In this document: piece after piece, positions 12,282-23,998 of the stretch
Position numbering within the stretch: position 1 is the stretch's first letter
Layout of the letters: each line of letters opens with the position of its first letter
Origin: Somniosus microcephalus
Lineage: Eukaryota
Reading direction: 5' to 3'
DNA: 64,000 nucleotides
Assembly: GCA_052327205.1 (NCBI GenBank)
Contig: CM126223.1
Location: 12,462,001 to 12,526,000 of the forward strand
Made by a program: the position numbers and the translations under genes
Notes under the pieces: generated by a model
What the model was told of the DNA's origin: nothing
Database searches by the model: none
The model's input: the letters and a program-made list of their open reading frames with translations, nothing else

Positions 12282-14143
12282 GCTTACAGTGCAGCTAGGA
12301 CCAACTTAAAAAAGGGTATCAGGACTGCCAAAAGGAAACAGACACTGAGGATTGAGGATCATTTCCACAACAACTCGGACCCCCGGCGCATGTGGCAAGG
12401 CATCCAGTCCATCACTGACAACAAGAGTAAAAACACCAGCCCCCCGGTTAGCGATGCCTCCCTTCCGGAGGAGCTTAACAACTTCTACGCTCGCTTTGAC
12501 AGGGACAACAGGGAGCCGGCTACCAAAGCCTTGCCACCCCCGGAAGACCAGGTGCTCACTCTGTCGACCTCCGACGTAAGGGGTGTTCTACGCGGAGTGA
12601 ACACACGTAAGGCTGCTAGACCTGATAGCATCCCTGGACGGGTACTCAAGGAATGTGCCGATCAGCTGGCTGATGTCTTCACCGCCATCATCAATCTGTC
12701 ATTGCCCAGGCAGTAGTTCCTACATGCTTCAAGACCGCTACCATTATTCCTGTGCCAAAGCAAACGGCTGTGACGTGCCTGAACGACTATCGACCTGTCG
12801 CACTCACACCCATCATAATGAAGTGTTTCGAGAGACTGGTCCTGGCTCACATCAAAGCCAGTGTTCCCGCCTCTCTTGACCAACACCAGTTTGCCTATCG
12901 TGCAAACAGATCAACGGAGGATGCAATCACAACTGCTCTACATTCTGCATTGAATCACTTAGACGGTAAAGAGACCTACATCAGAATGCTGTTCATAGAC
13001 TACAGCTCAGCATTCAACACTATCGTCTCCAACAAGCTGGCCACCAAACTCCACACTCTTGGCCTGAACACTTCCCTCTGCAACTGGACCCTGGACTTCC
13101 TAACAAACAGACCCCAGTCTGTCAAATTAGGTAACCACACCTCCCCCCCACCCCCCTGACCCTGAACACGGGGGCCCCACAAGGATGTGTGCTGAGCCCC
13201 CTCCTCTACTCCCTCTTCACCCACGACTGTGTGGCTGTTCATGGTTCCAACACCATCATCAAGTTTGCGGATGATACCACGGTGGTAGGCCAGATCACCA
13301 ACAACGATGAGTCAGCCTACAGGGAGGAGGTCCAGCATCTCGTGAAGTGGTGCGCCGATAACAACCTGGCCCTTAACATCAAGAAAACCAAGGAAATCAT
13401 TGTGGACTTCAGGAAGTCTAAAGGCAGAAGTCACACCCCCATCCACATCCATGGGGCTGTGGTGGAAAGGGTGGACAGCTTTAAGTTCCTCGGAGTCCAC
13501 ATCACGGAAGACCTCTCCTGGTCCCTCAATACCTCCTCTTTGGTAAAGAAAGCCCAGCAGCGCCTATATTTCCTAAGGAGGCTGAAGGGATGTAACCTGT
13601 CACCCCTGATCCTCTCTAACTATTACCGCTGCACAATAGAGAGCATCCTGACGAACTGTATCACAGTGTGGTATGGCAGCTGTAGCTCCTATGATCGGAA
13701 AGCCCTGCAGCGGGTAGTCAAAACTGCCCAACGCATTACCGGCACCCGGCTACCGACCATAGAGAACATCTATCAGAAACGCTGTTTACGGGGGTCACTG
13801 ACCATCATCAAAGACCCTACCCACCCCAGCCACAGTTTGTTCGCCCCCCTGCCATCTGGGGGATGCTACAGATGCATTCGCACCCGAACGACTAGATTTA
13901 GGAACAGCTTCTTTCCCAGGGCTGTCATCCTACTGAACTCCACAAATAAACTCTAAAGCCTGCACATCTGCCAATGCACTTTATTATGGTTATGTTTATG
14001 TTTATGTATTACAAGCCAAATGTATGTTGAATGTTAAATGTCTTAATCTAAATGTACACTCTCGGGAGCCGCAAGCCTACATTTCGTTGTACTGCACTTG
14101 TGCACTAACAATGACAATAAAGTTGATTATTATTATTATTATT
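12282..14143 (+). mobile_element. 5'-truncated Rex1/Babar LINE; RT with two frameshifts (~12712, ~13150)
   Basis: [70 protein letters not shown]; AATAAA plus (ATT)n tail. Confidence 0.92.
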
Positions 14144-14644
14144 CAGATATTTCTGAGACATATTACAAAATATAATACAAATAAAAGTCCTTGGCTTCTT
14201 ATGTTGTTCACCTTGAAAGGTTTGGAAAAGCTGCACATTCCTCAGACATCAAGCAACAGAAACACAACTGATCTTCATTATGGATTATTTATTACAGACA
14301 GAAATTTAATAGTCGGCTTAATATTTTGCATCCAAATTGTCCTAGTTTTAAGGTCAGTGTTACGGCTGTGAATAATCAGTTGTTGGGATGAGTGATTGAT
14401 CGCCCATCAGATTCAGGACCAAGCTGAACCACTTTGAATCGTTAACTCATCCTATAATCCAATGCAAAAAGGGAAAATGTGACCTTGCTCTTGTTTCAGC
14501 TCAGTAATTGAAATTTACAGTAACCACGCTATTATATTTCAAGTATCAGAGGCTTATTCGATTAGCTTTTAACCAGGTGGCAACTGTAACTGCTGCAGTC
14601 TCCACATTATTGAAATGCACTGTGATTGACACATGTAGATCAAT

Positions 14645-15050
14645 AGAAACATAGAAACATAGAAGATAGGAGCAGGAGTAGGCCATTCGGCCCCTCGAAC
14701 CCGCTCCGCCATTTAATGAGATCATGGCTGATCATCCAAACTCAGTACCCTGTCCCTGCCTTCTCCCCATACCCCTTGATCCCTTTAGCCTCAAGAAATA
14801 TATCCAACTCCTTCTTGAATATATTTAATGAATTGGCCTCAACTGCCTTCTGTGGTAGAGAATTCCAGAGGTTCACCACTCTCTGGGTGAAGAAATTCCT
14901 CCTCATCTCAGTCCTAAATGGCCTACACCTTATCCTTAGACTGTGACCCCTGGTTCTGGACTCCCCGGCCTCGGGAACATCCTTGCCGCATCTAGTCTGT
15001 CTAGTCCTGTTAGAATTTTATAAGTTTCAATGAGATCCCCTCTCATTCTT
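14645..15050 (-). mobile_element. Young CR1 3' end with (CTATGTTT)n tail
   Basis: RMRGDLIETYKIL; near-identical to 39077-39420 and 57080-57677. Confidence 0.9.
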
Positions 15051-15699
15051 CCCTGTGACAGTGATAAAGCTTTGCGCATCCGTGCTACAATAAAACTTGT
15101 GTTTTTTAAACCTGTGAGGATTGTCACTTGTTCTGTTTAAAATTCCGGTTGGTTTTGTGGGGATAGGGCTTACGCATTGGGCACTGTGCTAGGGTGCTTT
15201 TGATCACTGGTCTCTATATCAATTATTTGAATTGCCCAATTCAGCGTTAGTTGTTCATGGTGTAGACTTTGTTGGGGGCGGGGTTATGGAATAGGGAGAG
15301 CCGCTGTCCAACCTGGAGGTCCCCAGTAATTTGTAAGATTGATGGTTTGGTTTTATAATGAATTATAAATCCAGAGCAAGCAGGACTATTGGCTGGATTG
15401 TGACTTTGGTTAAAATCCGGTCTGTGGTGGGACTGCACAATATGAGTAGAAACAAATAATTTTCTGCCTTTGCCATTTTGTCCATGCTCATATTTAGCCA
15501 AGCTTGTTTGGATTTGGATTTCACATGAGCCATTCATATCTGGGCTAGCCTGCATCACACTCTGTGCAGTCCAGGTTAAATTCTCGATAGTGTGGAAAGG
15601 TGTTACTGGTAGTTGTGCTGAAGTTCTTTCTGGGTTTATCAGAGTATTGCTTTCGGTACAGCACAAACAAGTCAATAGGAACCTTGTTAATAGTTACAT

Positions 15700-16895
15700 C
15701 GAGTTTACCGCACAGAAACAGGCCATTCAGCCCAACTGATCCAGGCCGGCATTTCTGCTCCACACGAGCCTCCTCCCACCCTACTTCATCTCATCCTATC
15801 AGCATATCCTATTCTTTTCCACCTTGTGCTCATCCAGCTTCCTCTTAAATGCATCTATACTATTCGCTTCAACCACGCCCTGTGGTAGTGAGTTCCACAT
15901 TCTCATCACTCTCTGGGTAAAGAAGTTTCTCCCGAGTTCCCAGTTAGATTTATTAGTGACTATCTTATATTTATGGCCTCTAGGTTTTGACTTCCCCACA
16001 AGTGGAAACACTCTCTGTGTGCCTACTCTATCAAACCCTTTCATAATTTTAAAGACCTCTATTAGGTCACCCCTCAGCCATCTTGGAGAAAAGAACCCCA
16101 GCCTGTTCAACCTTTCCAGATAAGTATATCCTCTCAGTTCTGGTATCACCCTTGTAAATCTTATATGCACCTTCTCCAGTGCCTCTATATCCTTTTTATA
16201 ATATGGCGACCAAAACTGTCCAAGTGTGGTCTAACCAAAGTTTGATTCAAGTTTAGCATAACTTCGCTGCTTTCCAATTCTATCCCTCTAGAAATAAACC
16301 CTAGTGCTTGGTTTGCTTTTTTATGGCCTTATTAACCTGCATCACTACTTTTAGTGATTTGTGTATCTGTACTCCTAGATCCCTTTGCTCCTCTGCCCCA
16401 TTTAGACTCTTATATTTCAAGGAGTAAGTGGCCTCCTTATTCCTCCTATCAAAATGCATCACCTCACACTTATCTATATTGAAATTCATTTGCTAATTAT
16501 ATGCCCATTCCGCAAGTTTATTAACGTCTTCTTGTACTTTGCCGCATTCTTCCTCTGTATTAACTATACCCCCAATTTGGTGTTGCCTGCAAATTTTGAA
16601 GTTTTACTTCAGATTTACGAGTCCAAATTGTTAATGTAAATTGTGAACAACAGTGATCCCAGCACCGATCCTTGCAGAACATCATTTCCCACCTTTTGCC
16701 AGTCTGAGTAGCTGCCCTTAACCCCTAGTCTGTTTTCTGTTTTGTAGCCAGCTTGCTGTCCATTCTGCTACTTGTCACCTGACTCCTTAGTTATGAGTCT
16801 ACTATGCGGTACCTTATCGAAGGTCTTTTTAAATTCCAAATATATTACATCTACTACATTACCTTCGTCTACTCTTTCTGTTACTTCTTCAAAAA
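15700..16895 (-). mobile_element. CR1 LINE RT and 3' fragment
   Basis: MNFNIDKCEVMHF, LRGDLIEVFKIMKG, FFTQRVMRMWNSLP. Confidence 0.88.
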
Positions 16896-17512
16896 ATTAA
16901 ATGGACACCAATTCATTCTCAATATTTTGAAGTGTTTGTTTAATAGGAGCAACCAGATAAAGGGAACTAGGTGCTGTTCCAGCTCATCAGTGTATCAGCA
17001 CAGCGTTCCCCGAGTGCTAGGATGTTATGGGGTAGGGTGATGTATTAAGGGCGGTATGTATTTCTGTACAAGGATGGGAACCCCAGCAATCTGCTGTGGC
17101 ACAGCACCTAGCAGTTAGTTCAGGAGAGGAAGAAATCTTTATGTTTGCTGTACAAATTAGATCACTTTACTTCTCATGCGATGTCCCTGCTAAACACCTT
17201 CCTCCACCTTCTCCCTCCTGCCTGAATCCTTATTGTGTTGAAAGCAAGACTCATTGCATTCTTCCATTTTAACTCATTCTTTCCCAGGCACATTACCTCC
17301 CTCAGCCCTACAAATTTACAGGATATTGACACTCAAGTTTTATGTAAACACACCACTACCTCTTGCCTTACATTGTCTTCTCTTTTAGTCTCTTCAACCT
17401 TGTCCTGCAGTCTAGGCCTTGGCCCTTCACCCGAGGTATCTCAATTTAATAATAAAACATTAAGAGGCATTTACAGTGCATACAACTTGCAAGTACTACA
17501 TTCTCTCAATTG

Positions 17513-17750
17513 AAAGAAGAATTTGTATTTATATAGCTCCTCTCACAACCCCAGGACATCCCAAATCGCTTCACAGCCAATTAAATACTTTTGAAGTGTA
17601 GTCACTATTGTAAGAAACGTGGCAGCCAATTTGCGCTCAGCAAGGTCCCACAAACAGCAATGAGGTAATCCAGCACATAATCTGTTTTAGTGATGTTGGG
17701 TCACAGATAAATTGTTGCCTAGGACACCGGGAGAACTCCCCTGCTCTTAC
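17513..17750 (-). mobile_element. Deu-domain SINE fragment
   Basis: Reverse complement matches the Deu core and tail. Confidence 0.75.
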
Positions 17751-18894
17751 TAGTGCCCAGAATAGAATGTCTTTCAACACTATTGTCGAAAGGCCATGAA
17801 GACAGTTGGAGTAAGTGACGTTTTATCTCGCTCTTAGCAATAAGTCAGTACTGTGTGACCGGTGTCACTGAATCTTTGGGATTCTTCCACAAGTACCGGA
17901 GACCTGGAACTCATGACACACAGCCACAAGTGAGTTACGACAGCCTTTTGCTTGTGTAGACTTCACAATTATGTTGTCATTGTTCCTTGCTGGTGTAAAT
18001 TATCGCTCTACTGGGCAGTAAAAACATCATTTACTTCCACGCAACCATTTAACTTGGGCTGCCTTTTAACACCTTGTCTGTGACAGCAGTAAGGGAGAAA
18101 AAGCTTTGAGTTGAATTCCCTGTTTAAATTAAAAATAATTCTTACAGTCATCATTTTGGGGCCAGTTTCATGCTTATTGAATTGTTTGGATTGCAATGTT
18201 TCACCCCTCTATCAAGCACCCCTTTGTCAGGTGTTTAGATGTAGTGAAATTCCTCAATAATTTCACGCTGTGGATTTTATTGGGTTTTCACCTCAGTTAA
18301 TCACTTTTTGGAACTTCAGAGCACCTTTAAATCCAATACTTGGTCCACTGCTAAAACTGTAAAGTCTAAATTCAAGAAATCCTCAGAAAATCACTCCTCC
18401 TGCCCCCGTTTCAATTTCTAACACGAGCCACCCTGAATGAGGTCCCTTGTAAGTGTTAAACTGTGGGCGGTTTTGTGCTGTGCACGTACGCTCACTGAAA
18501 GCCATCATCGACTCAAAACTTTCATCTGATGAGTTGGGGCCGAGTTTAAGCACAAGTCTCAGAGGGGAGAATTCAATGTATATTTCTATTAGACTATTTC
18601 TGTTGAAATAGTGAGTGATGGTTGGGTAGAGTTATGTTGGAAAGGTTATACAGTTTGATAGTTGTATGAGGATCCGAGTTGATATTTATAGAAATAGTAA
18701 TTAACCCAGGGTGCCTCAATTCAATCGCATGTGTTGATTCAATTTCATCACATCACCCAGCCCAATACATTTTGGTTCGATTCCCTAAGGCTTCCTGCAC
18801 AACCATCAAGGATCAACTAGAAGTGGAAAATCATGGCTGTCACTTTTAAAATTCCAGGTTAAATCTAAACACGAATTGTAGTTACCCCAAGGTG

Positions 18895-19305
18895 CTGCTC
18901 TTGGCCCAGTGGCAGCAATCGCGCCTTTCAGTCAGAAGGTTGTGGGTTCATAGTCGCACTCCAGAGACTTGAGCCCATAATCCAGACTGAAGGGTTGCCG
19001 TCTTTTGGATGAGACTTTAAACTGAGGCCCTGTCTGCTCCTTCAAGTGGACATAAACGATCCCATGGCATTATTCAAAGAAGAGCAGGGGAGTTCTTCCG
19101 GTGTCCTGGAAAACATCACTGTTACACATATTCTGGCGATATATTTCATTGCTGTTTGTGGGATCTTGCTGTGTGCAAATTGCCTGCCACGTTTCCTACA
19201 TTGCAACAGTGACTGCTCTTAAAAGTACTTCATTGTTTGTGAAATGTTTTGGGATGTCCTGAGGTTGTGGAAGGTGCTGTATAAATGCTAATTTCATCTT
19301 TCTTC
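18895..19305 (+). mobile_element. Deu-domain SINE
   Basis: tRNA-like head GAGTCAGAAGGTTGTGGGTTCA, Deu core and tail. Confidence 0.8.
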
Positions 19306-19374
19306 CTTCCCATCCGTTTTGCAATATATAATATTGTTAATAACTTTTCTTTTGAAATATAATTTTAATAGATA

Positions 19375-21147
19375 ATGCTCTTGACAAGGCTAAGCGAGCC
19401 CACAATCAACGAATCAGATCAAAGCTCTGCAGCCCTGCCACATCCAGTCGTGAATGGTGGTGGATCATTAAACAACTAACGGGAGGGGGAGGCTCCGTGA
19501 ATATCCCCATCCTCAATGATGCTGGAGCCCAGCACGTGAGTGCAAAAGACAAGGCTGGAGCGTTTGCAACCATCTACAGCCAGAAGTGCTGAGTGGATGA
19601 TCCATAGTGGCCTCCTCCTGAGGTCCCCACCATCACAGAAGTCAGTCTTCAGCCAATTCAATTCACTCCACGTGATATCAAGAAATGACTGAGCGCACTG
19701 GATACAGCAAAGGCTATGGGCCCCGACAACATCCCGGCTATCATGCTGAAGACTGGTGCTCCAGAACTAGCCACACCTCTAGCCGAGCTGTTCCAGTACA
19801 GCTACAGCACTGGCATCTATCCGACAATGTGGAAAACTGCCCAGGTATGTCCTGTCCACAAAAAGCAGGATAAATCCAATCCGGCCAATTACCGGCCCAT
19901 CAGTCTACTCTCAATCATCAGCAAAGTGATGGAAGGTGTCATCGACAGTGCTATCAAGTGGCACCTACTCACCAATAACCTGCTCACTGATGCCCAGTTC
20001 AGGTTCCATCAGGACCACTCGGCTCCTGACCTCATTACAGCCTTGGTCCAAACATGGACAAAGGAGCTGAATTCCAGAGGTGAGGTGAGAGTGACTGCCC
20101 TTGACATCAAGGCTGCATTTGACTGAGTGTGGCATCAAGGAGCCCTAGTAAAACTGAAGTTGGGGGGAAAACTCTCCACTGGCTGGAGTCATACCTAGCA
20201 CAAAGGAAGATGGTTGTGGTAATTGGAGGTCATTCATCTCAGCCCCAGGACATCGCTGCAGGAGTTCCTCAGGGCAGTGTCCTAGGCCCAACCATATTCA
20301 GCAGCTTCATCAATGACCTTCCTTCCAACATAAGGTCAGAAATGGGGATGTTTGCTGATGATTGCACAGTGTTCAGTGCCATTCGCAACTCCTCAGATAA
20401 TGAAGCAGTCCATACCCGCAGGCAACAAGACCTGGACAACATTCAGACTTGGGCTGATAAGTGGCAGGTATCATTCGTGCCACACAAGTGCCAGGCAATG
20501 ACTATCTCCAACAAGCGAGAGTCTAACCACCACCCATTGATATTTAACGGCATTACCATCACTGAACCCACCACCATCAACATCCTGGGGGTCACCATTG
20601 ACCAGAAACTTAACTGGACCAGCCACATAAATACTGTGGCAACAAGAGCAGGTCAGAGGCTGGGTATTCTGCGGCGAGTGTCTCACCTCCTGACTCCCCA
20701 AAGCCTTTCCACCATCTACAAGGCACAAGTAAGGAGTGTGATGGAATACTCTCCACTTGCCTGGATGAGTGCCGCTCCAACAACACTCAAGAAGCTCGAC
20801 ACCATCCAGGACAAAGCAGCCCGCTTGATTGGCACCCCATTGACCACATTAAACATTCACTCCCTCCACCACCGGCGCACCGTGGCTGCAGTGTGTACCA
20901 TCTACAGGATGCCCTGCAGCAACTCACTAAGGCTTCTTCGGCAGCACCTCCCAAACCCGCGACCTCTTCCACCTAGAAGGACAAGGGCAGCAGACGCATG
21001 GGAACACCACCACCTCCAAGATCCCCTCCAAGTCACACACCATCCTGACGTGGAAGTATATCGCCATTCCTTCATCGTCGCTGGGTCAAAATCCTGGAAC
21101 TCACTTCCTAACAGCACCGTGGGAGTACCTTCACCAAACGGACTGCA
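19375..21147 (+). mobile_element. 5'-truncated CR1-like LINE, RT pseudogene
   Basis: [58 protein letters not shown]; contains stops and frameshifts. Confidence 0.9.
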
Positions 21148-21335
21148 CCTTACCCCCCTCCTCTCACAGTACATGTACCTCCCTTAATGCAGTGTCACAA
21201 CACTTTGTGTTGTTGTCTTATTTTGACTAGGAGCTAGGCTTCAATCCCATCACAGTCAGAAAGGAGACTTTGATCCTATTAATTGGGATTGGTGTCAAAT
21301 GGAGCCCTATTTTGGCAATCCGGCCTTCTCAAGAC

Positions 21336-21538
21336 TGTTATGTATTGTGTTTTCTTCTCCCACCTGTGGTGGCGCTGTCACAGCAGATAAATGGTTGGGT
21401 GTTCTCTTGGTTAAGTTTAGCTCTCTTTGTTCGGAACTTTCCAGAACATCCTTTCCTTCCTGAATAAAGCACTTCATGTTTAAATCTCTGAGTTCTGAGT
21501 CCTAAATTGTGCCTAGGTAGAAAGGCACTGACACAACA
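21336..21538 (+). repeat. 5' LTR
   Basis: TGTT...AACA, contains AATAAA; 7 mismatches in 203 bp versus the 3' LTR (by-eye count). Confidence 0.97.
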
Positions 21539-21540
21539 AG

Positions 21541-21558
21541 TGGCGACGAGGATGGGAT
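21541..21558 (+). promoter_or_regulatory. Primer-binding site, tRNA-Ser(GCU)-like
   Basis: TGGCGACGAGGATGGGAT, 2 nt after the LTR, complementary to the recalled 3' end ATCCCATCCTCGTCGCCA of vertebrate tRNA-Ser(GCU). Confidence 0.85.
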
Positions 21559-21675
21559 GAATCTGTGTTGTGGGAACTTTCTTGTTTTCGGCTACAAAAC
21601 ACTCGGAACAGAGATTGCAGCATCACATTAACGTTACGGCAGTGAGTAAACAGAAATTTTAATTTGAAACGTGAG

Positions 21676-22370
21676 ATGGCTACTATATTAGGAAACATCA
21701 GTGATTTTGATGAAAATGTGGAGCATTTGAGTGCATATACGGAACATTTTGACTATTTTGTATTGGCGAATGCGGTGGCAAACGAAAAGGTCGTGCCTAC
21801 CTTTTTGAGTGTAATGGGGCCGAAGAAATTCAATTTACTTTGCAGCCTCGTGCAGCCAGATAAGCCAGGAACTAAAACATATAAGCAACTAGTGGAAATT
21901 CTTGGAGCACATTTTTACCAAAACCTCTGGTTATTGCTGAGAGATTTAGATTTCACAAACGGAATCAAGAGGAGGGGGAATCAGTGACGATGTTTATTGC
22001 TGCTTTAAAAAGGTTGTCAGAACGCTGCGAGTTCAAGGAGGTGCTGAAGGACACCATTAGAGACAGACTCGTGTGTGGTCTGCAAAATGCAGCCACACAG
22101 AAGCGCCTTCTTACTGAGGACAACCTTACTCTTGAAAAGGCCATTGAAGTTAGTGTCTCCATGGAGATGGCAGAAAAGGAGGCTCACCAGTTGAGTTCAA
22201 CAGGGAGAGTTCACAAGGTGTCGTCTGAGCCTAAAGGTGCGCGGAACGGCACATGTTACCGTTGTGGGAAAACGGGCCATCACGCTAATGACTGCTGGTG
22301 TACGGAGCTGGAATGCTGAAATTGTGGCAAAAAGGGTCACATTGAATGCACCTGTAGAGGTAAAAAAAAG
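21676..22370 (+). pseudogene. gag: gag, frameshifted, with two CCHC zinc knuckles
   Basis: MATILGNI..., (frameshift) PKPLVIAERFRF, IRDRLVCG, CYRCGKTGHHANDC, C*NCGKKGHIECTC. Confidence 0.85.
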
Positions 22371-23441
22371 AACAGACAGAGCTGGGAAGCATGAAAGCAA
22401 AATGTCTGTATTTGGACAAGAGAGGAAAAGGAGTGTTCATTCAGTGCAGTATGATGGAATAAGCAAAACAGAGGGGGGCGACACCTCTGAGGAGGAAGAG
22501 GTGCACAAATTGACGGTTGCAGGTGATTCAAATGGCTACTGGGTGTCACCACTGGTGGAGGGACAATCAGTGCAGAGGAAGGTGGACACAGGCGCGGCTG
22601 TGTCCCTTGTTTCAGACACTGTCTACAACAAAATGCAAAAGCATCTTACCCTTCAGCCAACAAACATTGTGCGAAAGACGTATACCGGCGAACCTGTGGC
22701 CATGAGAGGCGTCATTGAGGTGATAGCTAAATTGAACGGACAGACTGCGAAACTGCCACTATATGTGGTAAAGGGAAATTACCCATCGCTACTGGGACAT
22801 GCGTGGCTAGAGAAAATCACGCTGGACTGGCCTGCAGTCCGCATGATGTCAAAAGGGGAGTCAGGTCTGACTGCAGTGTTAAACAAACATGCAGAACTCT
22901 TCAATGGGGAACTTGGGAGCATGAAAAAGATCAGCGTGAGACTGGACATTAAACCTGACAGCAAGCCGAAGTTTCACAAAGCCCGACCTGTACCCTATGC
23001 AATTAGGCCAAAAGTTGAGGCTAACTTGGAGGCCTTAGTCGAGAATGAAGTCCTGGAGCCTGTGAGCGTGAGCAAATGGGCCACACCCATTGTTCCTGTC
23101 CTGAAAAAGGATGGATCTGTTCGAATCTGCGGGGATTTTAAAGTGACTATTAACCCGGTGCTGTCTGCAGAACAGTACCCTCTTCCCCTCATTGATGATC
23201 TTTTTACGGGCCTGGCCGGAGGGCAAAAGTTCAGCAAAATAGACTTATGCCAGGCTTATCTACAAATGCATGTCGATGACAAATCAAAGGAGCTGCTGAC
23301 AATTGTGACACACAAGGGGCTATACAGGTACTGCCGCCTTCTGTTTGGAATTACGTCGGCCCCTGCTCTATTCCAAAGGGCAATGGATCAGATTTTGAGT
23401 GGACTGCCAGGAATCCAGTGCTACCTGGACGACATCCTTGT

Positions 23442-23697
23442 TGTTAAGTATGTGTATTGTATTGAACAATTAACACAAAGACTTAAACGTATAACTCAAA
23501 CAGGTCTTTACTGGTCGGAGGTAGGGACTATACATAGGTCTTTACTTCATGCCCACAGGCGGGAACTGAGGGGGATCAGTACCCACAGTACTATTTATAC
23601 CCCTATGGCCAGGAGTGGTACTGCGTATCACTACGCCCAACAAGTAGTGCAGTCCTGTCCATAGGTTCAAAGTAGCACACATATTACATACACAACA
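23442..23697 (-). mobile_element. Solo LTR (256 bp) inserted just after YLDDILV
   Basis: TGTT...AACA, TSD CTTGT (23437-41 and 23698-702); TATAAATA and AGTAAA on the minus strand. Confidence 0.92.
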
Positions 23698-23787
23698 CTT
23701 GTCACTGGGACAAATGAGGGGGATCATCTTCTGAACTTGGATGCGACACTACAACGACTGAAAGAGTACGGACTCAGAGATCGTAAG

Positions 23788-23998
23788 TGTAGTGTATGTG
23801 CCTTTAAGTCAGAACTACTTTTACAGCTCCTGTATACTGTAGTACCGGCAGTGACCACACCGGTATATAAGCTTTGCGCATGCCTCTGTACCCCAGTCTT
23901 GAGACTACCCTCCTCCAGTAAAGACCTGTTTATTGTTAATGTACAGCATCCGTGTGATTATTTTATAACAGCATATCCTCTGAATCACGGATCCAACA
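23788..23998 (+). mobile_element. Solo LTR (211 bp) inserted in RT
   Basis: TGT...ACA, TSD GTAAG (23783-87 and 23999-24003); TATATAA and AGTAAA on the plus strand. Confidence 0.92.

Noticed and set aside
15247-15675. 142-aa minus-strand ORF
   Set aside because: No recognisable domain or splice context; consistent with chance.
18520-18550. Hammerhead ribozyme core (CTGATGAG)
   Set aside because: No GAAA or stem II follows; the Penelope-like remnants near 3930-4020 and 7610-7760 also lack an intact core.
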